From a virus, in IMG/VR virus record IMGVR_UViG_3300023184_000034, positions 64,001-128,000 of that record: a stretch of 64,000 bases of DNA. One strand, 5' to 3'. A program made the translations under genes and the position numbers. Positions 20,117 through 29,689 of the stretch are shown here, piece by piece. Within the stretch, counting starts at the first letter, position 1, and each line of letters opens with the position of its first letter. A model generated the notes under the pieces. It was not told the origin of the DNA, made no database searches, and saw only the letters and a list, made by a program, of their open reading frames with translations.

Positions 20117-21151
20117 TTATGTACTCAGCCCCGGAGGCGCTGGAGTAATGTATGTATTTATCTCTTGTTTTTGAGGATATCTTGCTTGTAAGGGCTCAGC
20201 ATACGATTGAATATTATCTGCAATTTTTTTCATATCCCATGCATTGCAGAATTTAAGCATGCGAATACCCACTTGATCCACAGATTTAGTAACAGCATTG
20301 GCCTTCACAGTTTCCATAATCTTTTCTTTAATCTCAGCAGGTTGTGCTGTGAGATCGCATAGTTGTATGTTACGTTGGTAATCTTCTAGCACACGATGTT
20401 CTGCACCGTGGTGGTCAACCCATCTCTGCAGCATGAGATTGTTCCACGCAAATCCTTTGCTTTTACGATCTTCGAACGCTTCAGTCAGACCCACTTTGTT
20501 TTTACTACCTTTAGTACGTACTCCGGGATAAGCAGAGAACACATTGTCACTGGTATCACCACGCATACATTTCTCAAACAGCATCCATTCTGGATCTTGC
20601 GCGGCTTTGGGTTCGCCAGTCTTTTTGTCTTTAACAGGTTTGCCTTTGGCGTCAAATGTGCCTTGGTGTGTGATATGTAAATCGCCCACACCATTGTACT
20701 GACTCACATTGCTACTGATAAGTTGTGCAAAGTCTCCGTCTGTACTGATAATCACATGCTTTGCATCTGGATGTGCTTGCACCCAACCTGCAATTAAATC
20801 GTCTGCTTCTAATTCTGCATGACGCATCACTGTGCAATTGGTCTTGTCCACAATAAAATTCTTGAACTCGTCAAATGCTTCCCAGAACAATTTGTCTTCA
20901 TCTTGTTCTCGTTGTGTCATTGCTGCACGAGTTTCTTGTCTGTTGGCTTTGTAAGGCTTGTAAAAGTCTTTGCGCCATGATCTACCCTCGAGGCAGAACA
21001 CCACATGAGTGCCACCAAAGTCATGCCATGCTTTTTTAATACTGTTGAAGGTGATGTGAAAAGCCATGCCAAGTTTAATTTCAGCTGCGCCTTGCACCAC
21101 GTGCCTAGCACGAAAAAACGTGTTAGCAGTATCAACAATAATATATGTCAT
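20117..21151 (-). CDS. rnh: T4-type RNase H / FEN-family 5'-3' exonuclease
   Basis: IVD..N, SWRK..YKANR, EADD, STDGDF.QL, GDTSDNV...PG. Confidence 0.9.
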   Translation of the reverse strand: MTYIIVDTANTFFRARHVVQGAAEIKLGMAFHITFNSIKKAWHDFGGTHVVFCLEGRSWRKDFYKPYKANRQETRAAMTQREQDEDKLFWEAFDEFKNFIVDKTNCTVMRHAELEADDLIAGWVQAHPDAKHVIISTDGDFAQLISSNVSQYNGVGDLHITHQGTFDAKGKPVKDKKTGEPKAAQDPEWMLFEKCMRGDTSDNVFSAYPGVRTKGSKNKVGLTEAFEDRKSKGFAWNNLMLQRWVDHHGAEHRVLEDYQRNIQLCDLTAQPAEIKEKIMETVKANAVTKSVDQVGIRMLKFCNAWDMKKIADNIQSYAEPLQARYPQKQEINTYITPAPPGLST

Positions 21152-21582
21152 TCAACTTCCGATCTGCCACCTGGCAACTTCCTTACATTGATATAACCAG
21201 CACTTGTACGTCCTGGGTCTTGTCCAGCTTCGGCAATCATGTTGCCTGCAAGATCTCTGAACCACCGGTCCACAATTTCTTCATCAGGGTCACCCTCATA
21301 ACCATAACCAGCTTGTTTCAATTGTACTACAAAATAGTCATTCCAGTCAAGCTCAAAAAAGCCATTGCGTATATTTTCTTTGTTCACGTGTGTATCTAAC
21401 ACAGCAACCCACGGTTCGTTTCGAGAAGTAGCTCGTTCCTTTGGAGTCAACTTGGCCAGTGTTTCGGCTGCTTGTGCTTTTTTAGTTTCTTCTTGAGCTT
21501 TTGATAATGCCTCGTTAGCTTGAGCTTTCTCCAATTCTAATTTTTCAATACCAAACAACTTTTTAACAAATTTACCAATCAT
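21148..21582 (-). CDS. Hypothetical protein
   Basis: Start MIGKFV after an AAGGA RBS; GFFELDWN segment. Confidence 0.65.
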   Translation of the reverse strand: MIGKFVKKLFGIEKLELEKAQANEALSKAQEETKKAQAAETLAKLTPKERATSRNEPWVAVLDTHVNKENIRNGFFELDWNDYFVVQLKQAGYGYEGDPDEEIVDRWFRDLAGNMIAEAGQDPGRTSAGYINVRKLPGGRSEVE

Positions 21583-21667
21583 TTCTTTTTCCTTGAAATT
21601 ATATACCGTGCAAATATACACACTATGATAATGCATGCTAGTACTGTACAGGTATAATAAAATATCA

Positions 21668-22513
21668 TCAAGTGCCCCACTCATTTTTAAATAGCGGAAC
21701 TTGCAAACGGTCACTGTAACGCCAGCCACGCTTCATAGCTGCCAGTGCCACATTCTTGGCATTTAATGCATAAACACTTTCTACACCTCCCACTGGCATC
21801 AAGTATACATGGCCTTCAAAGCCCGCACTACGAAATGCGCCTACTGCACATTCAGCATCTGCAATATCTTCTTCCGTTGCTACTACAAATTTCAAATATG
21901 CAGTACCCACTTGTTCGTATTCACAAACTACTTCTGGAAGAATAGCTTCTCCCCATTTTTCGCCACTTGCTGGTAGTTTGGCACTTACTGAGAATGTAAG
22001 TTCTCTGCCCACTACACTATTCCACTTTCTCAAGTATTCTTTAAACTCTGGTGTAAGACGTTGAGTACCATTTGTTTCAAATGTAATCTCTTTTAGACCA
22101 CGCATCTTAGCATTGTTAATCAAATCTGGATAAGCACGTTGCCAACCCAGCAGGGGCTCACCACCTGTAATAACCAAGTGTTCATATTCCCAATGATCTT
22201 GCGGAAGAATTTCCATAATGCGATCTGCAATTGCTTCGCTGGTCAACATTGGACTTAGATCTTTAAAACGTGGATCCCAACTGGCATAACTATCACACCC
22301 TGTACTCACCAATGGTAAGTCTTGGTATTTGAAAAACTTTTTAATATCAGCCGCAATGAAATCACGTTCTTTGCTTTGCTCACCACGCGGCATACCAAAA
22401 CCGTCGCAGGTAAAGTTACAACCAAATGTACGTAGAAACACACTCGGTACACCCATGTAACGTCCTTCACCTTGAATACTGTAAAATAACTCTGCTATTT
22501 TAATTTTACTCAT
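21668..22513 (-). CDS. queE: 7-carboxy-7-deazaguanine synthase (radical SAM)
   Basis: ELFYSIQGEG, VFLRTFGCNFTC..GCDS, VITGGEP, FETNGT, RYSDRLQ. Confidence 0.9.
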   Translation of the reverse strand: MSKIKIAELFYSIQGEGRYMGVPSVFLRTFGCNFTCDGFGMPRGEQSKERDFIAADIKKFFKYQDLPLVSTGCDSYASWDPRFKDLSPMLTSEAIADRIMEILPQDHWEYEHLVITGGEPLLGWQRAYPDLINNAKMRGLKEITFETNGTQRLTPEFKEYLRKWNSVVGRELTFSVSAKLPASGEKWGEAILPEVVCEYEQVGTAYLKFVVATEEDIADAECAVGAFRSAGFEGHVYLMPVGGVESVYALNAKNVALAAMKRGWRYSDRLQVPLFKNEWGT

Positions 22514-22841
22514 TGCTTTTCCTAAATTCTTCTACATCGCTGATTGCTAATTGTAACACATTTGCATAATTAAGAGCTTGTTGTTTGGTTAAATGCACCG
22601 TCGATTCAGTATCAACATAGCCTTTAGTCAACAGCGTCCAAATATGATACCAGCGTGTCTTCGACCAGTAGTTTGTTTTACCTGTAGTATAAATGGTTAC
22701 TTGAATATCGCAGTCATCTGCTTCTACCCACATGTTATGATTGTGATTTTCATCACCGCAATTACAAGCAATTCGGTAGACTTTTGAGTCTCCCCAATCG
22801 TTTGTTTTCATTATGCCTTCTGCTGGAATTTGATACTTCAT
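22506..22841 (-). CDS. Hypothetical protein (CxC..H motif)
   Basis: 111-aa ORF in the operon. Confidence 0.6.
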   Translation of the reverse strand: MKYQIPAEGIMKTNDWGDSKVYRIACNCGDENHNHNMWVEADDCDIQVTIYTTGKTNYWSKTRWYHIWTLLTKGYVDTESTVHLTKQQALNYANVLQLAISDVEEFRKSNE

Positions 22842-23056
22842 TCTATATCTTCCTCAAACCATTCGTCAACCATAGATTCTGCTTCTTGTTGTGTAAGTGC
22901 TGGAACAAAAATTCTAGCAGGCTCTCCTTGAGCGTGTTGAATATTGTATCGCACAACACCTCCAGGGATATGATTAAATTCTCGTTGTACTACAAACTCT
23001 TTTAAGTTCTTAGCACGTTCAATTAATTGATCTGTTAAGTCTTTGGCTGTGGTCAT
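22838..23056 (-). CDS. Hypothetical protein
   Basis: 72-aa ORF with ATGA overlaps at both ends. Confidence 0.6.
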   Translation of the reverse strand: MTTAKDLTDQLIERAKNLKEFVVQREFNHIPGGVVRYNIQHAQGEPARIFVPALTQQEAESMVDEWFEEDIE

Positions 23057-23889
23057 CTTGGAGCAAAGTCCTGTTGTAGTTTGATGTTGTCAAAGAATTC
23101 TTTCTTTGTGCCTGCGTCAGTTGTGAATGCACCTTTGAGTACAGTGGTCTGTGTTAAACTACTGTGCGCCATAATTCCTCTATTTTCGCAACACCCGTGA
23201 ATTGCTTGTATGTATACTCCTACATTCTCACTATCTGTTGCTTTCATTATTTCTCTTGCAATGTCGTTACACAGCTCTTCTTGTAGTGTACCACGACGAG
23301 CACACCACTGTGCTATTCTGGTATACTTGCTGAGACCAATAAGTTTATTAGCGGCAATGATACCGATGTAGGCAACCCCACTGACAGGCTGGTGATGATG
23401 AGAACACATACTTCGTAGCTCACTACGTACCACAAGCATACCTTCGTAACGGTCGGCGCTGTCATTTGGAAAAGCTGTTGCGTCGGGCGCTGGTTCATAT
23501 CTTCCTGCCATTACTTCGTTAAAATACATCTTAGCCAGTCGACGGGCTGTGCCTTTTGAGTTTGGATCATTCTCACGATCAATAAGCAATTGATCAAGTA
23601 CTAGTTCAAATGCTTCTGTTGCATCTGTGATTAATGTTTCTTTGTCCTCTTCGCTAACATATTCGCTAATGTTGTCACCTGCCCAAAAACGTTTGCCTGC
23701 ACGTTTCATTTTCATGCGGATTGCACCTGCCAAGGTTCCTTCTTGATATCCGCCGTCACCTGCCATTGCATCCAGGCCTGTTTCTTTTTTTACATACACT
23801 TCTTTGCCCAAGGGTTTGTATTCGTCTGCAACAAATTTATTATCTGCATCTGAATGAAATACTGGATCTGGTGTAAATTCTTTAGTCAT
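23053..23889 (-). CDS. folE: GTP cyclohydrolase I
   Basis: TARRLAKMY, SMCSHH, IGLSK..RI, LQEEL, HGCCENRG; N-terminal extension. Confidence 0.92.
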   Translation of the reverse strand: MTKEFTPDPVFHSDADNKFVADEYKPLGKEVYVKKETGLDAMAGDGGYQEGTLAGAIRMKMKRAGKRFWAGDNISEYVSEEDKETLITDATEAFELVLDQLLIDRENDPNSKGTARRLAKMYFNEVMAGRYEPAPDATAFPNDSADRYEGMLVVRSELRSMCSHHHQPVSGVAYIGIIAANKLIGLSKYTRIAQWCARRGTLQEELCNDIAREIMKATDSENVGVYIQAIHGCCENRGIMAHSSLTQTTVLKGAFTTDAGTKKEFFDNIKLQQDFAPR

Positions 23890-23907
23890 TGTTACTCCTA
23901 TGTTGGT

Positions 23908-23936
23908 ATTATATAGGTTTATTTAGGTTTTTGCAA
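23908..23936 (-). promoter_or_regulatory. Sigma70-type promoter with an embedded CTAAATA late-like motif, upstream of folE
   Basis: TTGCAA-17 bp-TATAAT on the minus strand. Confidence 0.6.
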
Positions 23937-24134
23937 GTTATTTGATGCTCGAACTTGTCTACAAGCTTCGCGCATTTCGTTAGTAAAATCTGGACTTATT
24001 TCGGAAAGTTCACAATTGATCCAAACTCCGTCTGATTTTTTTGGAAGTGTTAAAAACAACAGTGGCACAACTAATACAAACACAATGACAACCACTGATA
24101 TTTTTATAGTCTCTCGCTTAGAAGTATCTTGCAT
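23919..24134 (-). CDS. Small membrane-anchored protein
   Basis: Single hydrophobic helix followed by a two-Cys domain. Confidence 0.55.
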   Translation of the reverse strand: MQDTSKRETIKISVVVIVFVLVVPLLFLTLPKKSDGVWINCELSEISPDFTNEMREACRQVRASNNLQKPK

Positions 24135-24310
24135 AATTCAGCATCCTTTTTTGATTTGAAACAAAATGTCATAAAATCTTCAGTTGGAGTGTACACGAAT
24201 CGTTGCCCTGGCAAACCAAACACTTCCACCACCATGGCACATGTTTCATTCCACCATAGCGCACCTTGATTATGCCAATCCACAATAATTTCATGATCAC
24301 TAGGAGACAT
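24104..24310 (-). CDS. Hypothetical protein
   Basis: 68-aa ORF (W....CA..VE.FGLPG.RF). Confidence 0.55.
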   Translation of the reverse strand: MSPSDHEIIVDWHNQGALWWNETCAMVVEVFGLPGQRFVYTPTEDFMTFCFKSKKDAELCKILLSERL

Positions 24311-24462
24311 TATAGGTCTTTTTTCAACATTGTTAATTCATCTTTGAGATATTCTTTGTAACTGGATAACACTTCAGTAGCATGTATATTTTGTGAATTT
24401 TTTTCAATATCTTCAGTAACTTGTTTGATTTTTTCTTGTAATTCTTCAACAGTTAAGGTCAT
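24310..24462 (-). CDS. Small coiled-coil protein
   Basis: Start MTLTVEEL after a GAGGAG RBS. Confidence 0.55.
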   Translation of the reverse strand: MTLTVEELQEKIKQVTEDIEKNSQNIHATEVLSSYKEYLKDELTMLKKDL

Positions 24463-24659
24463 TTTGAACTCCTCACGGACCTTAAGCCACTGGCTCCGCC
24501 CAATAAAATGGCAAATGCTGCCCACGTTTCCCAAGTCAATGGAATGTTTAGTACAGGAAATAATGTATTCAAACTCCAAATACCTAATATGGGTCCAATA
24601 GCAATGGCGATTACAATTAGAGCAATGCCAAAAATAAGTTTAATTAATGATGATGTCAT
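24459..24659 (-). CDS. Small two-TM membrane protein
   Basis: IWSLNTLFP..IPLTWETWAA; hydrophobic. Confidence 0.6.
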   Translation of the reverse strand: MTSSLIKLIFGIALIVIAIAIGPILGIWSLNTLFPVLNIPLTWETWAAFAILLGGASGLRSVRSSK

Positions 24660-25147
24660 AGCCAAAATTCCTCCCAGGGATAAACCAACCAACAATCTTC
24701 TTGTGCTTTGTTAACAGTCCATACATGGTAGTCTGGATCTTTAAACTGGCTTGATTGATTGTGCGTCAATACTGCAAATCGAACATTATCTCCCCAGATG
24801 GTAGACCATTTGGCATCGTCGGGGAAACAACCGCTGGGCCAATCCGTCTTAATCCATGCAACAGTTGAGCCTTGATCGTTGATGTCGTCTACAATAAGTA
24901 TATTCTTACCATTAAATGCATCTTCTGCCATGCCAAGATTACTAACACAATCACCACCATCACGTAGACTGATGTCCAAACTACACATTTTAATGCCAGT
25001 ATACTGACTAAGCAAATTAGCAGGAACAAGTCCGCCTCTAGTAATGCCCACAATATAATCTGGACGCCAATTGTGATTATGCATTTGTCTAGCAATATCC
25101 AAACATGCACCTTGAACATTGCGCCAAGTGTAATAAACTTTTTTCAT
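24656..25147 (-). CDS. Type I purine phosphoribosyltransferase-like protein
   Basis: IVGITRGG, ILIVDDINDQG.T (PRPP loop), WLVYPWE. Confidence 0.85.
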   Translation of the reverse strand: MKKVYYTWRNVQGACLDIARQMHNHNWRPDYIVGITRGGLVPANLLSQYTGIKMCSLDISLRDGGDCVSNLGMAEDAFNGKNILIVDDINDQGSTVAWIKTDWPSGCFPDDAKWSTIWGDNVRFAVLTHNQSSQFKDPDYHVWTVNKAQEDCWLVYPWEEFWL

Positions 25148-25371
25148 GCTACTAGTCCAGCTGCCAATTTAGCAAGTTCTTCTTTGGTCATAAAAAAATT
25201 GTATGTTTGACTATCATGAACTACACCGTCTTTAAGACTTTCTTGAATGATGTCAAGACTAAACAAGCCCTTTGGTGCTAGTACTTCGTGCTTAGTTACA
25301 CGTACTCGAAATCCTTCAAATTCTTTAACTGTTATTTCTTTGCGTGTGTGCGCTACTGATTCGTGTAACAT
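25144..25371 (-). CDS. Hypothetical protein
   Basis: 75-aa ORF in the operon. Confidence 0.55.
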   Translation of the reverse strand: MLHESVAHTRKEITVKEFEGFRVRVTKHEVLAPKGLFSLDIIQESLKDGVVHDSQTYNFFMTKEELAKLAAGLVA

Positions 25372-25772
25372 TATTTTGATTCCTTTATTGTGTCAAATGT
25401 TCTATATTTTGCCAATGCCGCAATGTATTCGTCATACAGCTTCTTTAACTTTGGATGCTTACGTTCAAGTATAGCATCTCTTTCAGGAATACTCAAGACT
25501 CGTTCAATTGTGTTTAACCGTTCTTCCAAGTCTCGCCCATTAAGAACTAGCCGACCTTTGACTTCTAATTCTGGCGGACTTTGATTGACTTTGAGTACAG
25601 TGTCATATTCATTTGCCCAACTTGTACCGTTTGATCCAGTTGTTAAGAAAGCACCGGTATTATTAGTGGTATACACTTTTCCAATTGTTAATGGGGAAGG
25701 TGCAGGCGGTATTGCACCGTAGCCTGGACTTGTTGTATTAGATATGCTTATGAGATTCGAGATAGCGGTCAT
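25371..25772 (-). CDS. Hypothetical protein with Thr/Ser-rich N-terminus and coiled-coil C-terminus
   Basis: LEERLNTIERVL..P segment. Confidence 0.55.
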   Translation of the reverse strand: MTAISNLISISNTTSPGYGAIPPAPSPLTIGKVYTTNNTGAFLTTGSNGTSWANEYDTVLKVNQSPPELEVKGRLVLNGRDLEERLNTIERVLSIPERDAILERKHPKLKKLYDEYIAALAKYRTFDTIKESK

Positions 25773-26217
25773 TGTGTATCCATTTGTTGTTTACTAAAAA
25801 TCCCCATTCTTGTTGTTGCGGCCCTGGCACGAACAAGGTCCATGCAGTTACTTCAGGAACCAATTCGATACGATGGTAGCTGTTAGCACTACAAACACGC
25901 CAGTGTCCAGGACCACGCCAATGTTTTGTTTCACTGACCATTTGGCCATGTTCAAAATTGGGAGTATACTCGTAGTAGCCGCCTGCCAGTATCAGTGTAG
26001 CATAGGGCCACGGATGATCATGCACATCACCAGGATCGCCTTTGTGAAACTTGTGTAAGAACACATTGAATGGAAAATGCCTACGTTCTTTTAACAACAA
26101 GTAGTAACGAGTCAGCAAGGGCTCGTTGCACTGACGATCCATGATGATCCGTTTGCGATCCAGCCGTTCCAGACAATCAAGGACGAGGTCTTTTATTTTT
26201 TGGAGTATCATAGTCAT
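25738..26217 (-). CDS. Cupin-fold protein
   Basis: LHKF, HDHPW, GGYYE, YHRIEL metal-binding pattern. Confidence 0.7.
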   Translation of the reverse strand: MTMILQKIKDLVLDCLERLDRKRIIMDRQCNEPLLTRYYLLLKERRHFPFNVFLHKFHKGDPGDVHDHPWPYATLILAGGYYEYTPNFEHGQMVSETKHWRGPGHWRVCSANSYHRIELVPEVTAWTLFVPGPQQQEWGFLVNNKWIHNDRYLESHKHI

Positions 26218-26590
26218 CCCGCACTAATTTATACGTTGTTTTAAACTTGTCAAATGCAATTGCCAATCCTGGATATTCTTTGCACATTTTTTGCACACGA
26301 TCAAAGTCTGGAAATTGATTAACCCACTCTTCGGGCAAATTTATTGTGAACGACGAAGTATCTATACTGTTTATTGCACCAATCTGTACTGTGGAGATTG
26401 ACGGAAATGTAATAGTGCCACTTGTACTATACGTGTATGATGACGGTGATGATACATATGTTATACTATTGCTAGTATCCGTAGCAGTAAGAGAATCCCA
26501 AGCGATAGTGTCTGTACCACTAATGGTTATAGTGTCTATCGTATCACTTGATATTGGCGAGTAAGCCACCGGCTGAGAAATAGTTGTCAC
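26177..26590 (-). CDS. Hypothetical protein, Thr/Ser-rich N-terminus
   Basis: C-terminal MCKEYPGLAIAFDKF..TY.LV segment. Confidence 0.55.
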   Translation of the reverse strand: MTTISQPVAYSPISSDTIDTITISGTDTIAWDSLTATDTSNSITYVSSPSSYTYSTSGTITFPSISTVQIGAINSIDTSSFTINLPEEWVNQFPDFDRVQKMCKEYPGLAIAFDKFKTTYKLVRDDYDTPKNKRPRP

Positions 26591-27635
26591 GTAAAAACTC
26601 CGTTTGTTTATGTAGCATAGGAAGTCTAGTTTCGTAATTTTCCATATGCTGTATTATTGTTTTGCAAATAAAAGGTCTGTATCTACTGTATGCTTCAAAA
26701 CTTTCAGTCCATTCGCTGGGATACTTAAAAGTATCAAAAGCCATTTCACTATAGCTAAGTCTATCCGGCACCATGGGAACAGCACCCACCACAGCACCTT
26801 CGTACCAGCTGATGCCCAGCGTCTCTTGCAAGTTAGCACTGAACACCATTTTAGCACGACCTAACAGCTTGTGATATTCGTGTTTGTCTAATTGTGTATC
26901 TTGGCAAACTACAAATTCATATTGAGGCAAATGCGTGGCCAAGTCTCGGAAGATTTCAACTTGCTTCTCTGGCGCAATGCGATGCGGAAACAATATAAGG
27001 TCACGCTTGGGGGTAGTCCAGTAGTTGTTCAAAGTATCTTGCATATACTCCATGGGCCAACCAGTACGAACTATCTTACCGCTGTTGTATCGTTCTGCCC
27101 AGTCTTCTTCATACCAGGGATTTTCTGTTGGATAATCATGTAACAGATTATCAAAGAACATCTTAACATGGAATTCAGTAGCAAAGTAGTTGTGATCAAA
27201 AGCATGATAAAAACTTCTTTCAGCGTTTCTCACCCAAGGCTTATTGCCAACCAACCTGCCTAAAAAGTCTTGTGGATCATAACTACCAGCATGCCACAAG
27301 CCATGTGTAGTTACTGGAATACCCAACAACTCACTCATGTACTTTAGATTAATGATACCTGGATGCCAAGCATCAGTAAACACAAAATGATCGCCGGGAT
27401 TAACGGATCCACTGCAAAATAACCTACCCATCTGCTCCACTTGACTAGCCTTGTATATATTAGTGCCGCCAAAGTTAAGAAATGCTCCAGGAGTGGTAGC
27501 ACTAGGAATGTCCGTAGGACCTGATATAATGTTGACATGGTGTCCTGCCTTTTGTAAGAGTGCAGGTACATGAGTCTTCCATTGACCCGTGTACCTTGTC
27601 TCAACTGACTCTAAATCAATTAAGAAGATAGTCAT
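26544..27635 (-). CDS. GT-B fold glycosyltransferase
   Basis: FTDAWHPG, HAGSYD, FPHRIAPEK, QETLGISWYEG (ExxxxxxxE), YSEM. Confidence 0.75.
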   Translation of the reverse strand: MTIFLIDLESVETRYTGQWKTHVPALLQKAGHHVNIISGPTDIPSATTPGAFLNFGGTNIYKASQVEQMGRLFCSGSVNPGDHFVFTDAWHPGIINLKYMSELLGIPVTTHGLWHAGSYDPQDFLGRLVGNKPWVRNAERSFYHAFDHNYFATEFHVKMFFDNLLHDYPTENPWYEEDWAERYNSGKIVRTGWPMEYMQDTLNNYWTTPKRDLILFPHRIAPEKQVEIFRDLATHLPQYEFVVCQDTQLDKHEYHKLLGRAKMVFSANLQETLGISWYEGAVVGAVPMVPDRLSYSEMAFDTFKYPSEWTESFEAYSRYRPFICKTIIQHMENYETRLPMLHKQTEFLRDNYFSAGGLLANIK

Positions 27636-27886
27636 TAGTTTTCAAAACGTTCGTGTTTGGGATTTTTACCCAAGTAAGGTTTACGTTCACCTGTGTATGC
27701 TTTCTTAGGCCGACGACTCTTTTCAAAATTACGCCACTGCCAACTTTCTCTATTGTACAAATCTGATTCATCAAACGGCGCCCCCTCGATTTTACACCAA
27801 TCTAAAAATCCCTCAAGGTCGTCAAAGATTTTTACAATGTCCGGCCGGGTTTCGAAATAACTGATATTTTTGTAATTATTAGCCAT
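27635..27886 (-). CDS. Hypothetical protein
   Basis: IFDDLE.FLDWC..G..FDESDLY segment. Confidence 0.6.
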   Translation of the reverse strand: MANNYKNISYFETRPDIVKIFDDLEGFLDWCKIEGAPFDESDLYNRESWQWRNFEKSRRPKKAYTGERKPYLGKNPKHERFEN

Positions 27887-27900
27887 TGTAGCTTTTCCTA

Positions 27901-28290
27901 TTAATACTTAATGAATGAACCATTTTCTCCGTCTTCGGAGACCTCAATCCAAACCTCACGGTTGGGATACTTTTGTGAAATCTGTTGATATAAATCTCCA
28001 GACATCATTTCACAACTCTTGTAGTCTAACGCTAGTATACTATCTTTGTAGAGATTTAGCAACCAGCGTTTAAACTGAATAAACTCAATATCACGGTCGT
28101 CGTGTGTAACACCAATCCAAACTTTAAAGTGGAAGATGTGACGATGCGGATAGCCTAGAAAACTCACATCGTATTCATCACCTGTTGCTAGGTTAGAATC
28201 TGTAAGTGCAGCCGGATACTTGTGCATACCCTCTTTGTTAAAGGTAACCCAAATCATTTTGTTTGGTCTAACGTCTTGCCGAATAATCAT
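27901..28290 (-). CDS. QueD/PTPS-like T-fold protein
   Basis: F..EGMH, HRH, EFIQFKR (cf. DF..LK), KSCEMMS (cf. PTSENLA), IEVSEDG (cf. V.V.ET). Confidence 0.65.
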   Translation of the reverse strand: MIIRQDVRPNKMIWVTFNKEGMHKYPAALTDSNLATGDEYDVSFLGYPHRHIFHFKVWIGVTHDDRDIEFIQFKRWLLNLYKDSILALDYKSCEMMSGDLYQQISQKYPNREVWIEVSEDGENGSFIKY

Positions 28291-28820
28291 TCTGTATCCT
28301 TTGCTGTTTGAACAATTGGTGTGTCATTAACATATTGATCCCAATGTGTGTAAGTTTCCTTGGTCATCAGGCTTGGAAGATGATGAGTCCAAACTCCAGG
28401 GTTTGTTTTGCCCCAAGTTAGGTCATCAATTTTAAGAGTTGCATTGTAGTTAAACAATTTGATATACGGAATCTTAACACTGATCATGGGCACAAACGTG
28501 TCATGTTCACACCAGCCGTCTTCGTGAATTTGATCTGCATACTTGACGTCAAAGTCTAAACTGACCCAATACTTTAAATTAAGTAAAGGGGTAATCATAG
28601 AATTCCATGACTTCCAGTCTTCGTGAGTCGCTGGATTAAAACTTTGACTGGTTCCAAGATAGATATGCTTGCAGTTGTCACTATCTGCAAGTTGCATGAT
28701 TTTTTCTATATCTTGAACGCCTACCACAAACAAAGTTTTCATACCATAACAAACAGTATGCTCAACTTCATCTCCAATAAAAAAATCAATTTGTTTTCGG
28801 GCTTCGGTGTTTAGTCCCAT
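28287..28820 (-). CDS. Hypothetical protein within the deazaguanine/sugar cluster
   Basis: F.G.EVEHT, HIYLG..QSF, KIDD, TNPGVW.H. Confidence 0.65.
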   Translation of the reverse strand: MGLNTEARKQIDFFIGDEVEHTVCYGMKTLFVVGVQDIEKIMQLADSDNCKHIYLGTSQSFNPATHEDWKSWNSMITPLLNLKYWVSLDFDVKYADQIHEDGWCEHDTFVPMISVKIPYIKLFNYNATLKIDDLTWGKTNPGVWTHHLPSLMTKETYTHWDQYVNDTPIVQTAKDTE

Positions 28821-29689
28821 TTGATATAACCTCTACTATAATTACTCGGACGATTTGCGCCGTCCGCAAACGCTTGTTGCCATTCAGTGTTACGATTATA
28901 ACATTTAGTCCAAAAAGAATCAACCTTTAGATAGCCGTTTTCAATCATCCAAACTGCATCTTTCATGCATTGATGAAAATTTGTATTACGTGGACTTGGT
29001 TTAACAGTGGTAACAGCTTTCCAAAGTTGAGCTTGTGCTTCTTCTTTACTTACTGCTTTACCAACTGCATCAACAATTAGGGCATTGTTATTTAGGTTAA
29101 TGTCAATGCCTAAAGCATATTTGCCACTCAAGTCAATCACTACATCATAACTTTCAGTAGTACCAAGTAACAATCGATCTCCCCATAGATCAATATTACT
29201 TGATCCCACAACATCAACATTTTCAAGATGTTTAAATTTGGTCAACGTATGATAAGCCACCCATGCCAAGAATCCACTGCCAATGATCAGTATTTTATCT
29301 CGTCTAGCACAATCCGCCACATCCACTGCATTGATACCACAAGCAACCGGCTCGATAATATAGCGTGGGTGAGCTTCTGGTACTTGTACATATTCATCTT
29401 TGCGTACATTATAAAAGTCTGCATATGCTGGCTCGCCGCGTGTGGCAACAATGTCACCAAAATTCACATCTGTAATGTTAGCACCGATACCAATTACTTG
29501 GCCCAGTCCTTCGTGACCCTGCATTTGCAACGGTAATGGCCCAAAATTACCATTCATCATGTCTATATCACTACGACATACACCGGTCATAACAGCCCGT
29601 ACACAAATTTCATTCTCAGTCAATGTAGGCATGACATATTCCACTTCTTCAAAATAGCCTTGCCCAGTCGTTTGTAAACAGCGTGTCAT
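28811..29689 (-). CDS. Zn-type medium-chain dehydrogenase/reductase
   Basis: GVCRSD, GHEGLG, IEPVAC, IIGSGFL; no structural-Zn Cys loop. Confidence 0.85.
   Translation of the reverse strand: MTRCLQTTGQGYFEEVEYVMPTLTENEICVRAVMTGVCRSDIDMMNGNFGPLPLQMQGHEGLGQVIGIGANITDVNFGDIVATRGEPAYADFYNVRKDEYVQVPEAHPRYIIEPVACGINAVDVADCARRDKILIIGSGFLAWVAYHTLTKFKHLENVDVVGSSNIDLWGDRLLLGTTESYDVVIDLSGKYALGIDINLNNNALIVDAVGKAVSKEEAQAQLWKAVTTVKPSPRNTNFHQCMKDAVWMIENGYLKVDSFWTKCYNRNTEWQQAFADGANRPSNYSRGYIKWD

Noticed and set aside
21582-21729. Extended N-termini given by the ORF track (also at 17447, 18655, 19456, 50305, 61978 and 63048)
   Set aside because: They overlap neighbouring genes or promoters; downstream ATGs have RBSs or stop/start coupling.
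29313-29324. TCCGCCACATCC as another copy of the cassette motif
   Set aside because: Partial match only, inside a conserved dehydrogenase; likely chance.
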